48,226 bases of DNA, taken from the NCBI GenBank assembly GCA_950072105.1, contig CATMOE010000027.1:1-48226 (forward strand), in the 5' to 3' direction. This document shows positions 1-9,327 of the stretch, piece after piece. A program made the translations under genes and the position numbers. The notes beneath the pieces are model-generated. The model was given only the letters and a program-made list of their open reading frames with translations. It ran no database searches and was not told where the DNA came from. Source of the stretch: an uncultured Dehalococcoidia bacterium (GTDB lineage Bacteria > Chloroflexota > Dehalococcoidia > Lucifugimonadales > UBA3495). Within the stretch, counting starts at the first letter, position 1; every line of letters begins with the position of its first letter.

Positions 1-75
1 AGGCCGCCACCTAAAATCGACTCGGTATTCCAGACTCCATTCATTGAACCGGCGTCTGTCTAGGATAGCATCTGT

Positions 76-831
76 ATGACCATTCGAGTAGGACACGTTT
101 CTTACCTTAACCATGAGCCTTTCTACATCGACATGGAGCGCCGGGGCCTACAGCTCCACAATGTCGTGCCCAGCGCCATAGCCGCCTCATTAGAGAACGG
201 CGAGATCGATGCCGGACCCATGCCCATATCCGATACTTTCCGGTTGGAAAGCATCTCCCAGCCGGTTGCGGGCTTTTGCTTGGCCGTTACCAACCGGTCT
301 GGCAGCAGCTTTCTGTTCTCCAAAGAACCCATCTCCCAACTGAACGGTGTCCCGATAGGAGTGGCGGCGGAGGCCGGCGCCTCTAGAGATCTTTTGCGCG
401 TAATCTTGGCGCTTAAGCATGATGTTCGGCCCGAAGCGTTTGTTAGCCTGGACGATTCCCCTCCGGCTTTTCTGCTCACCGGCAATCAAGCGCTGCGCCG
501 CCGCCGGGGACTGCGGGAATACCCCAATAAGTACGACCTGGGAGAAGAGTGGCACACCTGGACTGGACTGCCATTCGTTTTCGCGCGATGGATGCGGCGC
601 AACGACCTGTCTGAAAAGGACGCTGCCTTGTTGGAAGACACGCTTTACGTCGGCCTGGAAGACGGCGTGGATGGCTTGTATCATCTGTCCGAGCCCAGGG
701 AGAATCTGTTGATGCTGGCCAAAGACATTTTGGAATACATCCAGGGAGTACGCTACTTCATCGGTTTCTCGGAGCAAAAAGCGATCAACTTGTTTCGGAA
801 ATACTTGGAACAAGCCGGCGACTCAGTCTAA
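76..831 (+). CDS. mqnA: Chorismate dehydratase (futalosine menaquinone pathway, MqnA family)
   Basis: N-terminal RVGHVSYLNHEPF and the later YDLGEEWHTWTGLPFVFARW match the MqnA pattern; other futalosine-pathway genes lie at 30968-34752. Confidence 0.85.
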   Translation: MTIRVGHVSYLNHEPFYIDMERRGLQLHNVVPSAIAASLENGEIDAGPMPISDTFRLESISQPVAGFCLAVTNRSGSSFLFSKEPISQLNGVPIGVAAEAGASRDLLRVILALKHDVRPEAFVSLDDSPPAFLLTGNQALRRRRGLREYPNKYDLGEEWHTWTGLPFVFARWMRRNDLSEKDAALLEDTLYVGLEDGVDGLYHLSEPRENLLMLAKDILEYIQGVRYFIGFSEQKAINLFRKYLEQAGDSV

Positions 832-868
832 ATTCTCAGCTATCGATCCTCGGTCCGGAGATAAGAAT

Positions 869-1735
869 GTGGCGAAAGTAACCGACCGGTGCTTTGAAGC
901 TACCGGGCATTCCGCCTTCATCTGTGACTTCTCGCCGCCACGCACCGGAGACCCCCAGTCGTTCGCCCAGCCCAATCTGGACGCAAATTTTATCTCGGTG
1001 GCCTACAACCCCGGGAGAGCGGTGCGGGTAAATTCGGCGATGCTGGCGGCGGCCATTAAAGGCGAAACCAGGAAAGACGTGTTGTTCACCCTGGCCACGC
1101 GGGATATGAACAAACTGGCACTGGAATCTCTGTTGCTGGGCGGGCAGATACTGGGACTGGATAACGTGGTGGTGGTGCAAGGCGACCCGTTTACCCAGCG
1201 AGATTTGGACCGAGTCAAGGACGTGAGCGACTTTACACCCACGCAGATGATTTCCGCCATCGCGGCAATGAACCTGGGGACCGATTACCGGGAGGGGCAA
1301 TTAAGGTCTCCAACCGACTATTGCGTAGGCGCGACCTTGGATCTGGGCCGAGGCATCGAAGCTGAGGCCCAACTGGCGCACCGCAAAGTCCAGGCCGGAG
1401 CCCATTTTTTTATCAGCCAGCCTATCTTCGATGTTGACGAAGCGTCTCTCTTCCGGGAGGCATTCAAGGCGGCAGCCGGACACGATCTGGAGTTGCCGGT
1501 TTTCTTCGGCTTACAGGTTTTGGAACAGGACGGCATCATCTTTAGCTCAGTGCCGGAGACGGTAAGGCAAGAGCTGGAACAAGGCCGCCCTGGAGTAGAG
1601 ATAGCGTTAGAGCTATTCCACCGTTTTCAACAAGCCGGCCTCCACAACATCTACCTCGTGCCGCCCATCCGCCGGGGAGGCGCCCGGGGCTACGGTGCGG
1701 CACGGGAGGTGCTGGCGGCAGTCGAGCGACTGTAA
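869..1735 (+). CDS. Methylenetetrahydrofolate reductase (MetF)-family flavoprotein, divergent
   Basis: DFSPP, LATRDMN, VVVQGDP and KVQAGAHFFISQPIFD resemble MTHFR motifs; GTG start. Confidence 0.75.
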   Translation: MAKVTDRCFEATGHSAFICDFSPPRTGDPQSFAQPNLDANFISVAYNPGRAVRVNSAMLAAAIKGETRKDVLFTLATRDMNKLALESLLLGGQILGLDNVVVVQGDPFTQRDLDRVKDVSDFTPTQMISAIAAMNLGTDYREGQLRSPTDYCVGATLDLGRGIEAEAQLAHRKVQAGAHFFISQPIFDVDEASLFREAFKAAAGHDLELPVFFGLQVLEQDGIIFSSVPETVRQELEQGRPGVEIALELFHRFQQAGLHNIYLVPPIRRGGARGYGAAREVLAAVERL

Positions 1736-1802
1736 AGGTTTATCTCTAGTAATCAACCGACGGACTCCAAGCCGTCGCTCGCCACGAACGGGGCGTCTCG
1801 AA

Positions 1803-3473
1803 CTAGGGCCGCCAAGCTGGGGGCGCTATTCCTTCGATGTCGGATACCACATCTATCACCGCCGGCTTGCCCGATGCGATGGCCTGCTCCAAAGCGCTTT
1901 GGATCTGTCCCGGCTGGTCCACCCGGATGCCGAAACAGCCGATCGCTTGGGCCAATTTTGCCAGGTCCACGTCCAGCATGTGCCACAATTCCTCAGGGTT
2001 GCCGGGCTGTCCGGCGTAAAGCCGGTCGTTGCTCCGCTTTTCTTGATTCAACGAGTGGTTGTTGTTGACCACGATGACGGCGTTGATGCCGTACCGTAGC
2101 GCCGTTTCCAACTCGGACATGTGATACCAGAACCCGCCGTCGCCGGTGAAGCAGATCACCGGGCGGTCGGGGAGGGCGCATTTGGCGCCCAAAGCCCCGG
2201 GAAAACCCCAGCCCAGGGAGCCGGCGCAGCGGATGTATTGCTGGGTCTGCTCTTTCAGGTCGATCATGGTTCCCGTCCAGATGCCCGAGTGGCCGGTATC
2301 TGAAACCAACACGGCGTCGGAAGGCAGGTAGTCGGTCAGCTCTTTGCACAGACGTTCCGGGCGGATCGGTGAACCGTCGGAGTTGGACACCTCTGACACT
2401 CCTTCCCGCCACTCCGCCACCAGTTCCTGCGCCCGGTTCACCCACTCGGTCCGTGGCCCCAGAGGCTCTAGGACCTCCATAAGACGGCGAAGACATGCCT
2501 TGGCGTCGCCTTGCAGGGTGGCTTTGGCTGGATAGGACCGTCCCAGCTCGGAAGGATCGATATCTATCTGGATGACTGGGGTATCCAACGACGGGACTGT
2601 CCACTCGTTGGTCACTTGACTGCCGGTGTGACTGCCGATGTACAGAACCAAGTCTGCCTCGGAGACCAACCGGTTGGCGCAAGTCCGGGAATAGGAACCA
2701 CAGACCCCTACTGACAGCGGATGGCCGTCGGGTATCGCCGTTTTGGCGTTGAGAGATGTGGCAACGGGGATGGACATCATCTCGGCAAGTTGCACCACCT
2801 CTTGCTGGGCCCCTGAGGCAGTTACGCCTCCGCCCGCGACGATCACTGGGCGTTGTGCCGCCGAGAGAACCTGGGCCGCGGCCCGCACCATTGCGGCTTC
2901 CGGCTCCGGACGGTATGCCGGGACACGGGTGAAGTTCTCTTCGATGATTACTTCAAGATCGGCCTCTCCTTCCATAACAATGTTTCCCGAAGTTCCCTCC
3001 AGGTCGAGATGAACCGGTCCGGGCGCCCCCGACGTGGCTTCTCGTAGCGCTTGGCGGAGTAGGAAGGGTAGCTGCTCTGCAGAGTCCACCGGCACGCTGT
3101 ACTTGGTGACGGCGCTGAAGGGTCTAAGGTGGTCTACTTCCTGGTAAGAGTTACGGTGCTGGCTCAACCTAGGCTTGCGTCCGGTTATGGCTAAGACGGG
3201 AGACCCGGCCAAGAATGGGTCCTGCAATCCCGCCGCCAGGTTGGCGGCTCCTACGTTCTGCGCCGCACAAACTCCCGGCTTGTGAGACGCTCTGGCGTAG
3301 CCGTCAGCCATGTAGGCGGCGGCTTTCTCGCCGTGGGTCAAGATGCGTTTTATGCCTAGTTTTTCCATCTCCAGCATGGCGCGTTGAATGATTACCGGCA
3401 CGAAAAATACATGGGTGACGCCATACCCGTGCAAGGTTTCGGCCATGAAACGGCCCCCGGTCATCATAGGCAT
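1803..3473 (-). CDS. Thiamine-diphosphate-dependent enzyme (acetolactate synthase-like family)
   Basis: HGEKAAAYMADGYAR, PGPVHLDL and the ThDP-binding motif GDGG...NN; 556 aa. Confidence 0.9.
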   Translation of the reverse strand: MPMMTGGRFMAETLHGYGVTHVFFVPVIIQRAMLEMEKLGIKRILTHGEKAAAYMADGYARASHKPGVCAAQNVGAANLAAGLQDPFLAGSPVLAITGRKPRLSQHRNSYQEVDHLRPFSAVTKYSVPVDSAEQLPFLLRQALREATSGAPGPVHLDLEGTSGNIVMEGEADLEVIIEENFTRVPAYRPEPEAAMVRAAAQVLSAAQRPVIVAGGGVTASGAQQEVVQLAEMMSIPVATSLNAKTAIPDGHPLSVGVCGSYSRTCANRLVSEADLVLYIGSHTGSQVTNEWTVPSLDTPVIQIDIDPSELGRSYPAKATLQGDAKACLRRLMEVLEPLGPRTEWVNRAQELVAEWREGVSEVSNSDGSPIRPERLCKELTDYLPSDAVLVSDTGHSGIWTGTMIDLKEQTQQYIRCAGSLGWGFPGALGAKCALPDRPVICFTGDGGFWYHMSELETALRYGINAVIVVNNNHSLNQEKRSNDRLYAGQPGNPEELWHMLDVDLAKLAQAIGCFGIRVDQPGQIQSALEQAIASGKPAVIDVVSDIEGIAPPAWRP

Positions 3474-3547
3474 AAAATTCCCTCCCCGATTGTTTTGGGA
3501 ATGCCGGTGTTTCTGGTAAGCCTCCGATTCGAAACCCGCGAGACAGG

Positions 3548-3614
3548 TCCTTCGACAGGCTCAGGACGAACGGAAAACACGCCTCCCGCCGTTCTTGGTG
3601 AGCTTGTCGAACCA
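3548..3614. repeat. Inverted-repeat intergenic element (CCTTCGACAGGCTCAGGACGAACGG...CCGTTCTTGGTGAGCTTGTCGAACC)
   Basis: Imperfect inverted arms of about 25 bp around a short spacer; REP-like element between co-oriented genes. Confidence 0.7.
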
Positions 3615-3668
3615 CTCGGTGCGATGTGCGGGGCGGACCAACGTGTTGACCGGCCTCACATCGAACAG

Positions 3669-3980
3669 CTACCCGCGTTCGTCGTAGACGGCTTTGGCGA
3701 TGCCGGCCACGTTGGCGGCGGTGGGGACACCGGCGTAGAAAGCGACGTGGGTGATAATCTCGCCGATCTCATCCTTGGTGACACCGTTGTCTAGGGCCCG
3801 GTTGATGTGACCGGGCAACTGGCCGGAACGGTACAGAGCGGTAAGCACGGCGACGGTTATCATGCTGCGGTCCCGCTTGGACAGGCCGGGACGCTCCCAG
3901 ATATCGCCGAAAAGCACGTCTGCGGTGATCTCCGCCAACTTGGGGGCAACTTCTTGCATAGCGCTACGAGGATTAGTCAT
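3669..3980 (-). CDS. Carboxymuconolactone decarboxylase (CMD)-family protein
   Basis: LFGDIWERPGLSKRDRSMIT, HINRALDNG and HVAFYAGVP; AGGAG RBS upstream. Confidence 0.9.
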   Translation of the reverse strand: MTNPRSAMQEVAPKLAEITADVLFGDIWERPGLSKRDRSMITVAVLTALYRSGQLPGHINRALDNGVTKDEIGEIITHVAFYAGVPTAANVAGIAKAVYDERG

Positions 3981-4017
3981 GGATTCTCCTTTTCATATGC
4001 GGTTAATTTTTGCGGAA

Positions 4018-4060
4018 AGGGGACGAGCTCCCCTGTATCCCCTCCTTCGTAAGGAGGGGA
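4018..4060. repeat. Palindromic repeat, family A (TCCCCTCCTT-CGT-AAGGAGGGGA)
   Basis: Perfect 10-bp stem at 4038-4060; related to copies at 16861, 25580 and 36935. Confidence 0.65.
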
Positions 4061-4067
4061 CTTTCAT

Positions 4068-4859
4068 CTAAGGTGCTGGGATCGGGCCCCAGGTTTGGCC
4101 GAAGTTGGCTCGCTCTACCAGGGTTCCGGTTAGGGTCTGGGCGGTTTGTCCCGCCAGCCAAACGGCCGCGGGGATTATCTCCGAGGGTGGGACCATGGGG
4201 ATGTGCTCGGTGCCCGGCCAGTCGCCGTTGCGGTTCATCCAGGTGTCAACCCGGCCGGGACCCAACACGTTGACCGCTATGTTGTTAGGGCGAACTTCTT
4301 CCGCCAGGTTGAGGAACGTTCGCTCCAGGGCAGCTTTACTCATGGAATAACCTATCCGGCCTACACGGTAGGCGTTGGCCGACCCGGAGGTAACGCAAAA
4401 GATGGAGCCGCCGTCGCCCTGGGCTATCATGGCCGGCAAGGCGAACTTGCAGAGAAGGAACGGGCCACGCACGTTCACCGCCAGGCATCGGTCAAGAAGG
4501 TCCACGTCCAAGTCCGCAACGGGCGATTCGCAGTCGACCCCGGCGTTGGAAATCACGATGTCGATGCGTCCGAATCGTTCGATGGCAGCCTCCACAAGAT
4601 GACGGAGGTCATCGGCTTGGGTGACATCGCACCGAACCGGGAGGGCGGCGCCGCCTAGGTCGTTGATCTGAGCGGCGGTATCGACGATAGTGCCGGAACC
4701 ATATTTCTCAAATCGGGTGCCCGCCGAATCATCTTTCTCGGTTCGGGCCGCAACCACCACCTGGGCGCCCGCGGCGGCGAGTCCAAGGCACATGGACCGA
4801 CCGATCCCCCGGCTGCCTCCGGTAACGATGGCTACTTTGCCATCCAGAGTCTTATTCAC
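4068..4859 (-). CDS. SDR family NAD(P)-dependent oxidoreductase
   Basis: TGGSRGIG Rossmann motif, SNAG and YSMSK catalytic motif. Confidence 0.92.
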   Translation of the reverse strand: MNKTLDGKVAIVTGGSRGIGRSMCLGLAAAGAQVVVAARTEKDDSAGTRFEKYGSGTIVDTAAQINDLGGAALPVRCDVTQADDLRHLVEAAIERFGRIDIVISNAGVDCESPVADLDVDLLDRCLAVNVRGPFLLCKFALPAMIAQGDGGSIFCVTSGSANAYRVGRIGYSMSKAALERTFLNLAEEVRPNNIAVNVLGPGRVDTWMNRNGDWPGTEHIPMVPPSEIIPAAVWLAGQTAQTLTGTLVERANFGQTWGPIPAP

Positions 4860-4883
4860 GACTGGACCTATAGACGGAAGACA

Positions 4884-5306
4884 CTAGGCCGGCCGGAACT
4901 TGGGCAGGCTGATCTTGTCGTCCAAGTCGTCGAAGGTCACCTGCAGAGCCATGCCGATCTTGACGTGTTCCGGATCGGCCTCGACGTCCACTATGTTGGT
5001 CGGCATTCTGGCCCCGCCTTCCAACTCCACGATGGCCGTCACGAACGGTTCCTTACCTCGAAAAGCGGGGGCCGGGGCCCGGTGAACGATGGCGAAGGCG
5101 TGCAAGGTTGCTCGCCCGCTGCTTTGGATCCAGTCGGTGTCCCGGGAGAAACAGCCGGGGCAGATGTCCCTAGGATAAAAGTAGGTGCTGTCGCACGCCT
5201 TGCAGTGGCGGAGCCAAAGTTCGTGCTCTTTGCACTTTTCCCAGTAAAAATCGGACTCCGGCTGGGGCTGTGGCGGCGTGATCGGTGGTGGGGTTTGCTG
5301 GGTCAT
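4884..5306 (-). CDS. Zn-ribbon/OB-fold protein (DUF35 family)
   Basis: CKAC...YFYPRDICPGC zinc ribbon plus OB fold; start reset to ATG 5306 behind an AAGGAG RBS. Confidence 0.88.
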   Translation of the reverse strand: MTQQTPPPITPPQPQPESDFYWEKCKEHELWLRHCKACDSTYFYPRDICPGCFSRDTDWIQSSGRATLHAFAIVHRAPAPAFRGKEPFVTAIVELEGGARMPTNIVDVEADPEHVKIGMALQVTFDDLDDKISLPKFRPA

Positions 5307-5488
5307 AGTTGCTCCTTGAATGAGTAGTCTAAAGTATGGTTCGTCGGCGTTCCTAGAGAATAAGGACAAATCGATATACCGTCAAGACTGGTGTCCGGGT
5401 CAAGGCCTGGGTTGCATCTCCTGGTATCTAGGGGTATTTTGAGGAACGCGGGCGAAGCCGACGACAGAGTTTAGGAGTCAATTTAGTC

Positions 5489-6409
5489 ATGCGAATCGCG
5501 GTAATGGGGGCTGGCAGCATCGGCGGATACTTCGGCGGTATGCTATCCCTGGGTGGGAACGAAGTCACGTTGATCGCTCGGGGAGCCCATCTTGAAGCTA
5601 TCCGGAGCAACGGCCTCCAAATAGTTACGGACTATGGCGAGTTTACCGTCCAATGTGCGGCTACCGACGACCCTCGGCAAGCCGGACCAATGGACCTTGT
5701 CTTACTTACAGTCAAGACCTATCACAACCAAGAAGCCGTCCCGGCCATGCGCCCCATGGTCGGTGAGGAAACCACCGTCCTCTGTTTGCAGAATGGTATC
5801 GACAGTTATGAAGAAGCCGCCCAATTCTTGGGTGCCGGAAGAGTGATGCCCGGCGCCGCATATATCGAAGGCAGTCTCGAACGTCCCGGGGCGGTCAAGC
5901 AAACGGGTGAAGTGGTGGAGATCGTCTTCGGGGAGCCGGATGGCGTCGATTCGCCACGGGGAGAATCTATATTGGAGACTCTCACCAAAGCTGGAATTCC
6001 AGCCCAACTGTCCAATGACATCCAACGGACGCTTTGGACCAAATTCCTATTTATCGCCACGATGGCCGGTGTTACTGCGCTGTCTCGCGAGACCATGGCC
6101 CAGTTGATGCCCCGGCCGGAGTGGCGGCAGGTGATCTTGGGCTGTATGAGCGAGATCGAAGACGTGGGCCGGGCTTCCGGAGTAGACTTGGACCCCGATA
6201 TCGTCCAGAACACCGTGGATTACATCGAGGGCTCACTGGACCAGATGCACGCGTCCATGCACGCCGATATCATGGCGGGACGGCCTCTGGAGTTGGAAGC
6301 CCTGAACGGAGCGGTGGTGCGGGCAGGACGATCCGCCGGGTTACCCACCCCCATCAACGACGTCATCTACGCCGCTCTGAAACCCTTCGTTTCCGGAGGG
6401 GGAGCCTGA
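5489..6409 (+). CDS. panE: 2-dehydropantoate 2-reductase (ApbA/PanE family)
   Basis: GAGSIGG, LQNG, WTKF and SMHADIMAGRPLELEALNG motifs. Confidence 0.85.
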   Translation: MRIAVMGAGSIGGYFGGMLSLGGNEVTLIARGAHLEAIRSNGLQIVTDYGEFTVQCAATDDPRQAGPMDLVLLTVKTYHNQEAVPAMRPMVGEETTVLCLQNGIDSYEEAAQFLGAGRVMPGAAYIEGSLERPGAVKQTGEVVEIVFGEPDGVDSPRGESILETLTKAGIPAQLSNDIQRTLWTKFLFIATMAGVTALSRETMAQLMPRPEWRQVILGCMSEIEDVGRASGVDLDPDIVQNTVDYIEGSLDQMHASMHADIMAGRPLELEALNGAVVRAGRSAGLPTPINDVIYAALKPFVSGGGA

Positions 6410-6518
6410 ATCTTTTGTGGACACATCCCGTCTTTGACAATCGACAAGACCGGGCTTAGGATTTATTTCTCCAATCGGCCTAGCCTAGGCCGCAGAAATC
6501 ACGAAGAGAGGATCAATC

Positions 6519-6986
6519 ATGGATGCAACCGGCGTTTCCCACATCGCTATCTGCGTACGAGACCTGGACAAGTCTTTGGCATTTTACCGGGACATATTGG
6601 GGATGCGGATAATCTTCGACGAAGTGCAGGATACGACCACCGGTGGGCTGCCCCACATCTATAAGCACCTCCGCCAGACACGCCGCACCGTCCACGTCCA
6701 ATCCGGTGAGAGCAACTCCGTACCGGCTCTTGTCTTGACCAGCCACCCAGGCGAAGATCCAGACGGTGAGCCCATAAAGTTGGACCAGGTTGGCATCAGC
6801 CACATCTCGTTCACGGTGAGGGACGTCAAGGCCTTAGCGGCTGAATTGGAATCCAAGGGAGTCCAATTCGCCGGCCCGCTGGATTCATTCACCAACCCTC
6901 AAGGGGACATGAGAACCATCTTCGTTTACGACCCGGATGGCATTCTAGTCCAGTTCGACAGCTACGAAGGGGGGCTGAGCGCCTAA
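6519..6986 (+). CDS. VOC/glyoxalase family protein
   Basis: HIAICVRDLDKSLAFYRDILG, HISFTV and DPDG motifs. Confidence 0.88.
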   Translation: MDATGVSHIAICVRDLDKSLAFYRDILGMRIIFDEVQDTTTGGLPHIYKHLRQTRRTVHVQSGESNSVPALVLTSHPGEDPDGEPIKLDQVGISHISFTVRDVKALAAELESKGVQFAGPLDSFTNPQGDMRTIFVYDPDGILVQFDSYEGGLSA

Positions 6987-6991
6987 CTGAG

Positions 6992-7516
6992 ATGACCCAA
7001 AGTCACGCCGACACTCACGACCTGGACAAGCTATCCCGGTGGCACAAAGACCTGATTGCTGAAACGCCTGGCGCGTTTCCAGTTTACGCAGTGTTCCTTG
7101 TAACTGGGGAAGACCGGGACGCCCACGATGTATTCCGGGCGTTCCGTACCAGTTTCGAAGAGCATGGCGGCGGTTTCCAGCACCTGGTCATCTTCGGTCA
7201 GCACGGTCTGTCCGTCACCACCAAGTCGTTGTTGCCGGAATTGGGCCTGAGCGACGACTCGCTCCCCTCATTAGCGATGTTTACCCAACGAGACGCCAAG
7301 TCGGTCCACCTTCTTCAGCTGATTGAAGGAGACCCTGACCCCTCCAGACCCGAGGAAAGTCAACCCTGGCGAAAAGTCCTAAACCAAGTGGAAGAGGCGG
7401 TCGGCGGTCAAGGAAGCGGATTGGACCTGTCTTCCGTCCAAGGAATCGTGGAGAAGGACACTGGCGATCGACCGATGGTGGAGTTGGTTGGGAAGCTTTT
7501 GTCGGAGCTGTCTTGA
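6992..7516 (+). CDS. Hypothetical protein (174 aa)
   Basis: ORF starts 5 nt after the VOC gene and has protein-like composition; no family recognised. Confidence 0.65.
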   Translation: MTQSHADTHDLDKLSRWHKDLIAETPGAFPVYAVFLVTGEDRDAHDVFRAFRTSFEEHGGGFQHLVIFGQHGLSVTTKSLLPELGLSDDSLPSLAMFTQRDAKSVHLLQLIEGDPDPSRPEESQPWRKVLNQVEEAVGGQGSGLDLSSVQGIVEKDTGDRPMVELVGKLLSELS

Positions 7517-7525
7517 TTCGGCTGA

Positions 7526-8311
7526 CTATCCCAGAAGCCGGGCCGCCACCACAACCCCCCATCCAACCAAAAGCAGACCCGTCGCTTTACTGAGACGCTG
7601 GCCCGCCGGGACTACTTTCTCTAAAAGCACGAATGCGGCCAGGGCGGCGATCCACAGCAGATTCATTACCCCTAGGACGAACAGCAACCCCATCAACACC
7701 CAGCAGCACCCCACGCAGTAGGTCCCGTGTTTCAGACCCATTCTAAGAGCGCTTTGGACACCCTCTTGCCAGTCGCTCATCAAGAAAGAAAGTGGAGACC
7801 GGCAGTGGGTAAGACAGACATATTTAAAGCGGCTCCATTGAAACAAACCCGCCGCTATTAGTAGGCCGCCTCCCAGATAAGCGCTGGTGCTTTCGCCCAT
7901 CATGGACGACAGCAAGGAATTAACGTGCAATGCCCAATTGCCCACGGTAGCCGCGACGGCAAACCCACCCCAGATCACTAGGTATCCCGACAGGAAAACC
8001 ACCGTGGGCACGTAAGGTCCCTGCTGTTCCCGCCGGCGGCGGTTAACCGTGGCGAACAGGAGGATCATGGGGGCGGCGGTGGGCACCATCATCCCAATCA
8101 TCATGACCCACCACATCAGGAACATGAACCCGAAATCGGCAGCGGTCCAGGATTGGAGTTGGGCCATAGCCATGCCCGAACTCATACCGCTCGTGGACTG
8201 GGCCAGGTAGATCACGTAGCCCCAGGCCAAGGCAGTCACCCCGGCCACGCCAACCACCACCACGGCCCGGTCGCGTTTCAGAATTGTTTCAATGGGTGTA
8301 GAGGGTTGCAT
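7526..8311 (-). CDS. DUF2182-family Met/Cys-rich integral membrane protein
   Basis: WWVMMIGMMVP, KYVCLTHCRSP and YCVGCCWVLM; adjacent to DUF1326 gene. Confidence 0.85.
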   Translation of the reverse strand: MQPSTPIETILKRDRAVVVVGVAGVTALAWGYVIYLAQSTSGMSSGMAMAQLQSWTAADFGFMFLMWWVMMIGMMVPTAAPMILLFATVNRRRREQQGPYVPTVVFLSGYLVIWGGFAVAATVGNWALHVNSLLSSMMGESTSAYLGGGLLIAAGLFQWSRFKYVCLTHCRSPLSFLMSDWQEGVQSALRMGLKHGTYCVGCCWVLMGLLFVLGVMNLLWIAALAAFVLLEKVVPAGQRLSKATGLLLVGWGVVVAARLLG

Positions 8312-8411
8312 CTGGAGGTTGGCTCGCGTTTCGGCTGGCGTTCTAAAGGGAAGAGGCCGTACCCGAGCACGGCCCCCTCAAATATACGCTTTGTTCGCTC
8401 TGCCGGAAAAT

Positions 8412-9035
8412 CTATTGGTTGGTCCACTCGATTGGGGCGAAGAAGGCGCTCTGGCCGGTATAGTCGAATTTAATATCTCCATGATCGACCTTCATTACCG
8501 AGGTCGTAGCGGTGTCCCCGTCATCCCAGATCAGCCCGCCGCCGGGGAAAACTATATGGACCTCATTCTCTTCGCCGGTAACCGGATTGATCAGCGGAGT
8601 AAGCTTGGCCTCCAAGATCCCATCGATGCTGAATCCGCTGTTGCGGCCGTTCACGTCCATCTTGATGGACTTTAGGTGAGGGCCGTCCAGCGAAGTGAGC
8701 GTGGTAGCCAGCAACTCCCAAGGCATCCCTCCGGCCTGTCCGGTGAGGATCGTTGCTATGCCGTTCACCTGGTCCTGACTGGCCGATTCATCGATGAAAA
8801 TAGCGGCAGCCCCGTTGCCTTCATGAATCGCCTTTGGCCACTTGATAGCCGGTACAACCTTCATGCCAGACAGGTCTACGTCACCAAACGTCCCTTCGCT
8901 TACATGGATCCCGATGAGGGCTTCACATGATCCGTGGTCCGGAAAACCTCCGAAGTTGCAATTGCACCCGGCATCGCAGTTACAGGTCTCCAGGAATACC
9001 CCTTTTACCCGATAGGGTGTTTGTGTTTGTACCAT
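8412..9035 (-). CDS. DUF1326-family protein
   Basis: ETCNCDAGCNC, GSCE and WPKAIHEGNG; usual partner of DUF2182. Confidence 0.85.
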   Translation of the reverse strand: MVQTQTPYRVKGVFLETCNCDAGCNCNFGGFPDHGSCEALIGIHVSEGTFGDVDLSGMKVVPAIKWPKAIHEGNGAAAIFIDESASQDQVNGIATILTGQAGGMPWELLATTLTSLDGPHLKSIKMDVNGRNSGFSIDGILEAKLTPLINPVTGEENEVHIVFPGGGLIWDDGDTATTSVMKVDHGDIKFDYTGQSAFFAPIEWTNQ

Positions 9036-9327
9036 CTTGACATTCTCCCTTTTATTTTTTCTAGATAAATACCAGATGATGTTAACTGAGATCAGTATGT
9101 GTTACGTATGAATCGCGTAAGGAATGCTCGTCTGAATAAGAACACCGATCGGTTCCGGATATCGCTCACTCCGGCAAATCCCAACTGGAATATACCGGCC
9201 AGGATTGAATTGGACGCCATGGATTGACATAGGATGTGATGTATTGGAGAAGATCACTCCTGGCATTGATCTTGGATCCCCGAGTGTTTGTTGACCGCCT
9301 TTCAGGCCGGGGATAACATAAGGTTGA

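Noticed and set aside
3304..3615. 103-aa ORF containing PFVLSLSK
   Set aside because: Translation of the inverted-repeat element, overlapping the ThDP-enzyme gene out of frame
9036..9327. Small ORFs in the AT-rich divergent spacer
   Set aside because: No convincing RBS or motifs; more likely promoter DNA
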